Below, piece after piece: positions 9,172 to 16,169 of a stretch of DNA of 16,169 nucleotides. Within the stretch, counting starts at the first letter, position 1. Each line of letters begins with the position of its first letter. Position numbers and translations under genes: made by a program. Source of the stretch: Fonticula alba ATCC 38817 (taxonomy: Eukaryota > Protista > Nucleariida); NCBI GenBank assembly GCA_000388065.2, contig KB932204.1; one strand, given 5' to 3'. Below the pieces are notes generated by a model that worked only from the letters and a program-made list of their open reading frames with translations, had not been told where the DNA came from and ran no database searches.

Positions 9172-12100
9172 ATGAATACCAAAGCATCCATCGAAGACAA
9201 GCGGCGGAGAATCGCCTCCCTGAAGGAGGCCCGGGCACGGGGCGGGGTCACCGCCTCCACCTCGACCGCTGCCTCCACGTCAACCATCACCGCCGGCGGG
9301 CCGGTACGTCACCTCCCCCATGAGGCCCGCGCCGTCACCTGTGCTGGCCATCTTCCCTCTGTTTGCTCGCCGGCCCACACACCGGGCCGACCGCGCCCGG
9401 CTCTTTGCTGCACCTCACCCCGGGTTTCTTCTCCCCGCCCCCCTCTCTCTCCCTTCCCCTCGTCAGATCAACATCGACGAGCTGGTGTCCTCGCTGCTGG
9501 ACAACAACGCCCCGGAGCCCCCTGCCACCGGCACCTCCTCGGGCTCCTCGGTTTCCGCGTCGCCAAGCCTGGATCCCACGGCCGGGATCGCCGACAAGGG
9601 ATCCCCGGCGGTTGATGTCGCGGACGCCGGCGAGAGCGGCACCACCCCGGCCAGCGCGCCGGCCCGCGCCGCGGGCACTTTCGTCACGGTCGAGGCCTTC
9701 TCTGTGGACATCCCATCTAAGGTGCGCTGGGTGCCTTCTCCGGTCGAGCGGGCCTCGCGTCCACGGCTTACCATGCTGGATGTGCCTTGCTCACCCCCGC
9801 CCCCCCCCCCTGTCCATCATCACAGGAGGTCATCCAGTACAGCAAACAGATCCAGACTTCTCCCTCGGGCTCGCCGCACTCCTCGCGCCCCGGCACCCCG
9901 GAGCCCGATGATGACGCCAATGCCCCGGCCGCGCCGGTGGATCTCTTCGACTTTGGCGAGGCCCCCGAGGGAGCCTCCGGCCAGGACGCCACGGCGGCGG
10001 CGGCGGCCGCTGCTGCGTGCCCGCGCCCCTCGGACCTGAGCAAATCCCTGCGCAAGGCCATCATGGAGCGGATCGTCGGTGCGTCACCCCCGTGAGCCTG
10101 GCGGGCGGTACTCCGCCATGCACGCCTCTTGCCTGTTGTCTCCCCCCCTTCCTTGCTGATGACCTCCCCCCCCCCCCCTCCCCGCGCTTGTCCATGCGTG
10201 GCAATTCGAGCACAGACGTTTCCAGCGACGTGGCCCCCCCCGAAGACCCGGTGGCCGGCACTCTGACCGACGGGAAGAACATCGTTCGTTCGCCTGGCTT
10301 TGTGGACTTCTTCGAGAAGGCCTCGCGGCGGATCGAGCGGGCCTTGAATGCGGGCGCCGCGTCCGGCTACGGGTCGGAGGCCGACGCCAGCACCTCCATG
10401 ATGGCCAGCTCGGACTTCTCGCTGAATGACGACCCCCTGGTGAACTTTGCCGACACCCGGGCCAAGCGGTACGCCCCTCGCTCTGTGCCCTTTGTGCATA
10501 CTTCGGGGCCCTCCTCTCGGTGTCTTCCCCTCGCCTGGATCGGTCTAACGCACGCACACGCACACGCACACGCACACGCACACGACACACACGCACACGC
10601 ACACGCACACGCACACGCACACGCACACGCACACGCACACGCACACGACACACACGCACACGACACACGACACACGACACACGACACACGCACACGACAC
10701 ACGCACACGTACACGCATACGCACACGACACACGACACACACGCACACGCACATATATGCCTCCCCTGCTCGCCAACGCGCCGCAGTGACGACACCTCCA
10801 GCAGCCTGATGAAGGTCTTGCTGCACATCAGCTCCGGTACCGCAACACTCGACGGGTCGGCAAACCCGGCCGGGCGCTGGATCGCCGGGCGCACGGCCAC
10901 CGATGTCGACTGGTCGCCGGTGGTGCGCCCTTCCCTGGCGACTTCATGCCCTTCCTGCGGCCCGTGACTGACCGCCCATGCTCCGGGCATGTGTGTTCCC
11001 CAGCACAAGAACCTTTTCTTGGTGTCGTATGGCGCGTCGAGCCTGGACGTGTCGGCGGCCGACGCACAGCGCCAGGCCAAGGCCTCCCCCTCGCAGACGT
11101 ATGACCGAGAGGCCTTCTCGGCGCCGGGGCTGGTCATCGTTTGGAGCCTGGCCCTGCGCTCGCGGCCGGAGTACATCTTCTGGTCGCATGTGCGTTTCCC
11201 CCCCCTCCTTTCGCCCCCTTCTTGCTTCCCTTTTTTTTTGGCACAAGCCTTCTCCTCCCCGCACGTCTCTCCCTCCCTCCCCTCCCTCTCTCCGACTCTT
11301 TCTCGCTCGCTTGGTGACGCCGCTGACGCTCCTACCCTGACTGATGGCGGCTACGCAGTCTCCCGTCACGGCGGCTCGGTTTTCGCCCGGGCGCGACTCC
11401 AAGATCATCGGCGGCACGGCCTCCGGGCAGCTGCTGGTGTGGGACATGAAGGCGGCGGCGGCGGTGGCAACGGCCTCCGGCGTCGGGTCGACTCCCGTGG
11501 GCGGGGACGCTGGCGGCGATGCCAGCCTCCTGGTGGCGGCTCGCGCGCCGGTGATCAAGAGCCAGCTGGCCAAGCACCACCACTTCCCCATCTGCAGCAT
11601 CGAGACCATGCTGACGCCGTTCCTGAGTACGGATCTGGCGGCGGCGGCGGCGGCGGCGGCGACCACGCCCGGCCGGGCCAAGGGGTCCAGCGGGTCTGGC
11701 GTGCCGGGTGCCGCGGAGGCCGACGTTTTCGAGGAGGTGGTCGTGGTGTCCACCTCGACCGATGGCATGATCTGCCGGTGGTCGCTCGGGGAGATGGGCA
11801 CGCCTGTGGTGCGTCTTCGAGGCGGATGCCTGGTCGCATTTGTCTCCGCGTGTCAATGTCTGCCCCTCCCCCCCCCCCCCTCTGTACGCACGCTGACTGT
11901 GGTCCCTGCACTTGACGCCCCCCGCCCCCCGCCCCCGCCTGGGTTTTCTTTTCTCCTCGCCGTACATGCAGGACCACTTCAACCTGGAGGCCGACAGCAG
12001 CTCCTCCTCGCACCATCTGCTGAGCACATCGGTCAGCAATCCCACCGGGCCGCAGCTGATGAATGTCTATACGGCGGCTTCCTCGACCGCGGTGGCGGGC

Positions 12101-13405
12101 ATGACCCTGGGCGGGATTTCGGCCCTGGGGACCGTGCCGGCTGGCGGGGCGGCGGCCATGGTGGCCGGGGGCCCGGGGACCGAGCAGCTGGCCACCGGGC
12201 CCGGTGCCGGCATGGCCGGCGGCCCGGGAACCGGGGCACATACGGACCAATTTGTGGTCGGCACCGGGGCCGGCGGGGTGTACCACCTGCGGCTGCCGGC
12301 GGTCGGCACGCCGATGGTGGCCTCGCGGCAGGTGCACATCTCGCCATTGGCCACCGATGTGTCGCTCTTCCCCTCCGGGGCGTCGTCTTTCCCCTCGACC
12401 GGGTCGCTGTTGCACATGGGGCCGGTGACGTCGGTGGATTTGGCCTATGTGACGGAGCCCTCGCCCATGGGCGGCATGGTGCCGGTGGTTTGGTGCTCGA
12501 GCGTCGGCTATGACTGGGGGGTGAAGGTGTCGCGGCTGCTGGCGTCGAAGATCGCCTCGTTCGGCGACGCGGCCCTCTCTTCCGAGGCGGAGGATGGCGC
12601 CACGGCGGCCAAGGTCGATGGGTTCACCGTGCGTGTCTGTGTGGTCCACCTGCCTGTCTTGGCGTGTATTTTTATACTGATCGCGTGCTCGTCTCCCCCC
12701 CNNNNNNNNNNNNNNNNNNNNNNNNNNNNNNNNNNNNNNNNNNNNNNNNNNNNNNNNNNNNNNNNNNNNNNNNNNNNNNNNNNNNNNNNNNNNNNNCCCC
12801 CCCTCCCCCCACAGCCCTACTGCTTCCTTTCTCTCTCGGATACGGCCTTCGTGGCGCGGTGGTCTCCCAACCGGCCGGGGCGCCTGCTGGCTGTCGGCAG
12901 CGCCGACGGGCGGGTGTCCCTCTTTGAGATTGACCCGGCGCTGGTCCGGCCAGCGGCCCCGGAGGCCGGGTCCTTCGCGGCGGATGTCGACCTGTCGGCC
13001 CTCAACGACCTGGTCCCCACGACGTCCATCCAGTTGCAGATGCAGGCGGTGACCGTGGCCCCGGGTGGCGGGGTGGCCGCCGGGGCGGTCGAGCCCGGCA
13101 CCACCGGGTCGGCCCTTCTGACCGAGCCGGTGAACATCCTCCGCTGGCATCCGGACGGGCACCACCTCCTGGCGGCCACGCTGTCGGGCAGCGTGTGGCT
13201 GATCGAGCTTTCCTCGGTATGTGCTTGGTTCTTGTTGCGCCTTCCTCCGCTGCTTTCGCCTGCTGCGCCTTGCGCGTGCCTTTCCTTGCGCCGCATTCGC
13301 CCTGTGTCCCGGCCCCTCGACCTGTGGCTGACGTGTGTGTGTGTGTGTCTCTCTCTCCCTCTCTCTGCCCCCTCCGTGCAGTCGCTGAGCAAGGCTTCGG
13401 GCTGA
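9172..13405 (+). CDS. DYNC1I: Cytoplasmic dynein 1 intermediate chain (WD40), 915 aa; exons 9172-9303, 9467-9721, 9826-10078, 10216-10468, 10787-10922, 11004-11189, 11359-11808, 11972-12628, 12815-13216, 13382-13405
   Basis: The N-terminus MNTKASIEDKRRRIASLKEARAR resembles the IC helix. Other motifs: light-chain region VDIPSK|EVIQYSKQIQT; Roadblock-type helix IVRSPGFVDFFEKASRRIERALN; WD repeats ATDVDWSPV|HKNLFLVSY, PGLVIVWSL..PEYIFWSH|SPV, IIGGTASGQLLVWDM, STSTDGMICRWSL, FVVGTGAGGVY, HMGPVTSV, SVGYDWGVKV and ARWSPNRPG. Nine GT-AG introns give 2748 nt in frame. Intron 8 spans an N-gap, which could hide sequence. Confidence 0.88.
10550..10752. repeat. Degenerate (GCACAC)n/(ACACG)n microsatellite inside dynein IC intron 4
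   Basis: About 200 nt of tandem GCACAC units with GACAC variants, directly visible. Confidence 0.95.
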
Positions 13406-13464
13406 GTGGGTGGGTGACAATGGGCGTGGTCCTGCCATGTTCTCCCGTCCTTTCACGGGCGCGA

Positions 13465-13560
13465 GGGCCTCTCTCTTTCTCCCTCTCTCCCTCTCTCCCT
13501 CTCTCTCGCTCTCCCTCTCTCTCGCTCTCCCTCTCTCTTTCTCTCTCTCTCCTCCTCCTT
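13465..13560. repeat. CT-rich low-complexity tract downstream of the dynein IC stop codon
   Basis: Near-continuous CT/CCT/CGCT units. Confidence 0.85.
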
Positions 13561-14053
13561 CCATCCCACCCCCGCTTCCTCGCCTCCCTGTGTGCCTTGT
13601 GGATTCATGTCGCCTCGCTCGCTTGGTGTCGCCTCCCCCCCTCCCCCCCCCGCGCGCGCGCGCGCGCCACTTTGATGTTGCCCCCTCCCCCTCCCCCGTG
13701 CGCCGGCGTGTGTTTTGGCCTGTGTCTGGGTATGCGCGCCCGTCCAGGCGCGGAGGGGGAGGTGCCTGGTCTTCTCTTGTCTTCCGGCACAAATACAATT
13801 CTCCCCCCTCTCCAGCCACGCACCGCGGTGCGTGTAGTGCGTTGGAAAAGGAAGCGGCCGCGGGTCCGTCCGGGCTCTGCAGGCGTGCTTCGCCAATCAT
13901 GTCTGGCATGTGCATGCACGCGCGCACGCGCATGTGGGATCGGCAGGCAGCGACAGGGGGGGGGGGCCGGAAGGGGGCGGCGTTCACGGGCGGCTCCCCG
14001 GGGACAAAGCCGGGGAAATATATGCCCCCGAGACGATGTTCGTCCTAACAATA

Positions 14054-14126
14054 GCCTGTTTAGCTCAGTTGGTAGAGCATGGGACTCTTAATCCCAGGGT
14101 CGTGGGTTCGAGCCCCACAGTGGGCT
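14054..14126 (+). tRNA. tRNA-Lys (CTT)
   Basis: GCCTGTT-TA-GCTC[AGTTGGTA]GAGC-A-TGGGA[CT CTT AA]TCCCA-GGGTC-GTGGG[TTCGAGC]CCCAC-AGTGGGC-T, 73 nt. T4 follows at 14131-14134. The acceptor stem has three G.U pairs. Confidence 0.93.
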
Positions 14127-14207
14127 ACTCTTTTGCCCACCTGAGCAATGTCCCCGGAGCTCGAAAGACCGGTCCAATATAAGACCACCTGGGCTGCACG
14201 TACCTCA

Positions 14208-14281
14208 GTCCGAATGATGTAGATGGTTATCATATCTGTCTAACACACAGAATGTCCCAGGTTCGAGTCCTGGTTCGGACA
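14208..14281 (+). tRNA. tRNA-Val (AAC), identical to the copy at 5690-5763
   Basis: Identical at 74/74 nt to the reverse complement of 5690-5763. T6 follows at 14289-14294. Confidence 0.97.
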
Positions 14282-14288
14282 GGCCTTC

Positions 14289-14294
14289 TTTTTC
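14289..14294 (+). terminator. Pol III oligo-dT terminator of tRNA-Val
   Basis: T6 starting 8 nt after the tRNA 3' end. Confidence 0.7.
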
Positions 14295-14440
14295 TTTCGT
14301 GGCCGCTTTTTCTCTGGTTCTCTCGGTCGCTGTCCTCCGGGTGTGGTCCTTTCTCTGGGCTTGTTGAGGAGGGGGGACAGGGACGCCCGGTCATGTCGAA
14401 CGCACATGAATGTCATTCGGGTGTCATCTGACACCGAAGC

Positions 14441-14513
14441 TCCCATATAGTCTAGGTGGTTAGGATACGTGGCTCTCACCCACGAGACCCGGGTTCGAGT
14501 CCCGGTATGGGAA
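14441..14513 (+). tRNA. tRNA-Glu (CTC)
   Basis: TCCCATA-TA-GTCTAGGTGGTTAGGATA-CGTGG[CT CTC AC]CCACG-AGAC-CCGGG[TTCGAGT]CCCGG-TATGGGA-A, 73 nt. T5 follows at 14518-14522. Confidence 0.96.
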
Positions 14514-14517
14514 TTCC

Positions 14518-14522
14518 TTTTT
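14518..14522 (+). terminator. Pol III oligo-dT terminator of tRNA-Glu
   Basis: T5 starting 5 nt after the tRNA 3' end. Confidence 0.7.
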
Positions 14523-16169
14523 AGCACCCACTGGACGCTTAATCCGCAGTCGCGGAGAACACCATTCACGTAACTGGAAACCGCGGCGGCGGCGCGCCCC
14601 CGCGCGTACGCGCTGGTCTTCCTGGCGCTTGGCGGGCGCCGGGGAGGAATGGGGGGCGGCGGGCGTGAGGGGACAACGGTGCGGGGTGGGGGGGGGGCCG
14701 CGCACGTCCTGCTTGCAGCGGCGAGGCGTGGCGGAGTTGTCTTGCGGCCCGAAGGGTGGTTTTTATTTTTTCACGCACCGCTTCCCCGGCGCCAGTCCCT
14801 GCGGTCACTGGCCCTTGGATGCGGCGGGCATCAGATGGGGGGGGGGGTATGTACGCGTCGGAGGAGCAGCGCGGGGGGGGGCGGGGAGGATTTCTGCTGG
14901 CCCTGATGCGGCGGCGGTCCGTGTCGACTTGCGGTGCGGACGGAAAAAAAAATAGCGCGAGGCACGGGCGCCGCCGGCCTGCGCACACGCCCCGACAACG
15001 CACCCTGGCCCGGGGGGGGGGGGGGGGTCGCCGCCGGGCGTCGGGACTCACCAGGGGCGGGGGAGGTAGATGCGGCGGGCCTTGGGCGTGGAGCGCGCAG
15101 GCAGCTCCCACCGGAGCCGGTCTGCCCGCCGGGGCGACCCCGGAGCGGAAGGAAGAGGCCCACGCCGGGGCGTGTGGGCGCGACCGGGCACCCCCCGTCC
15201 CGGGGGGGGGGGGGGGGGGGGGCCGGGTCGCCTCGCCCCGGGCGGCCCGGCCCGGCGGTCAAGGACGGGGGCGAGCGCGCCGAAAGGGGAGCGCCCTTCG
15301 GTGCAGCTTGGCGCCATCGGCCTAGAGACCGACTGGTCGCACGGTGCCGGCCGGCGCGGTCGTCATTGGCTGGCAAGGTGTCACACGCCGTGCTCAGGCC
15401 CCCGGGGGCTCTTCTTGCCGCCGGCCTGGGCCGGGGCGAGCGCGACGCGCTGGGAGAGCGGGGCGGGGGGCATGGCGCGGATGTGCCCCGCAAAAAAGCA
15501 TCATAGCGTGGAGCACCCCCCTGCCAGGCCGGGGATGCCGAAGAGGCCGGGCCTCCTCCCGCTCGACGCCCCGGCATGCGGGGGCACAAATCTAAATATT
15601 CCTCTCCCCGCCCCGCCCCCCGCCGTGCGCGCGCGCGCCAGCCGCCGGTTGACACGTCGAGGAGCCAGGCGCCCGGGCCGGGGCGCCCCAGCTGGGCCGG
15701 GAAGCGGCGCGCGGCGTATGCACGCGCAGGCCCGCGTTGCCCCCTCGAACGTGGGAAAGAGAGATGGCTTCCGGCCGGCTCGATTATTATTGTTTTCCCC
15801 TTCTCGCCCGGCGGCCGTGCGTGCGGCGTGCGGCGTGCGTGGCCTGTGCGCGGCCCGGGGCGAGGGCGGTGGCGCCGGCGCCGGCCGATGCCCAGTCTGA
15901 TCGGCCGTCCCCCCCGCCCCCCCGCCCCCAGGGAGCCGACGCCTCTGTTTGGTGCTCCCCCTTGCCCTGGCGCCCGGCGCCCGTCTGCAGGTCCACAACA
16001 GGAGAACCACCTGCGCCGGCCCTCCGGCCCCCCCAGCGCGCCGATGAGGAAAATAGCCCGGGCCTGCGGACCGCCGTGCCCGCGGCCCGGTGGCGGATGA
16101 CGCGATTCGTCGCCAGCAGCGACAGCCGCCGGGTGAAGCCATGCGCCCGAGGCCCCGCCCGTCCGCCCG

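Noticed and set aside
13817-13834. Perfect 18-bp palindrome CACGCACCGCGGTGCGTG; also CTCAGTT-A-AACTGAG at 5624-5638
   Set aside because: Single occurrences in CG/RY-rich DNA, with no repeat copies, target-site duplications or transposase nearby.
11555-13987. 810-aa minus-strand ORF and the many other long Arg/Pro/Gly/Ala-rich ORFs in the track
   Set aside because: They are antisense or shifted-frame shadows of real genes, or stop-poor high-GC and microsatellite DNA. Several run through N-gaps, and none has a recognisable domain.
14729-14772. A-box-like TGGCGGAGTTG, a small hairpin and T5/T7 tracts as a possible short Pol III gene
   Set aside because: No B box, no cloverleaf and too short. 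A single degenerate A-box match is expected by chance.
15743-15752. GTTCGA on the minus strand as an additional tRNA T-loop
   Set aside because: No T-stem, anticodon arm or acceptor stem can be formed around it.
14600-16169. Possible gene start or end at the right edge, including a minus-strand frame resembling a mitochondrial presequence (RRLSLLATNRVIRHR...LFSSSARW)
   Set aside because: No start codon or splice context inside the window, no conserved domain, and all frames are open because of extreme GC. Flanking sequence is needed.

Overview
Very GC-rich eukaryotic genomic DNA, dense in microsatellites and poly-G/C tracts, with four N-gaps. The conserved proteins look opisthokont-like; the composition resembles Fonticula-type protists, but that is inference only. 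I reconstructed four spliced protein-coding genes by hand: a 5'-truncated MOB1 (+), 60S ribosomal protein L27a/uL15 (+, 3 coding exons), a p24/TMED cargo receptor (-, 6 exons) and a long, divergent cytoplasmic dynein intermediate chain (+, 10 exons, 915 aa). There are five intronless tRNA genes: Val-AAC twice (identical and inverted), Gly-GCC, Lys-CTT and Glu-CTC. Most long ORFs in the supplied track are artefacts of high GC. Best leads: (1) 16 of 17 splice donors are GT[A/G/T]CG[C/T], with C at +4; (2) a candidate ~240-nt TATA-driven, T4-terminated structured RNA at ~1808-2048 (-) that I cannot assign to a known family; (3) AATACA as a likely poly(A) signal; (4) His39->Leu in uL15; (5) a possible distant branch point across an AG-free microsatellite. 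I saw no CRISPR array, mobile element or rRNA.
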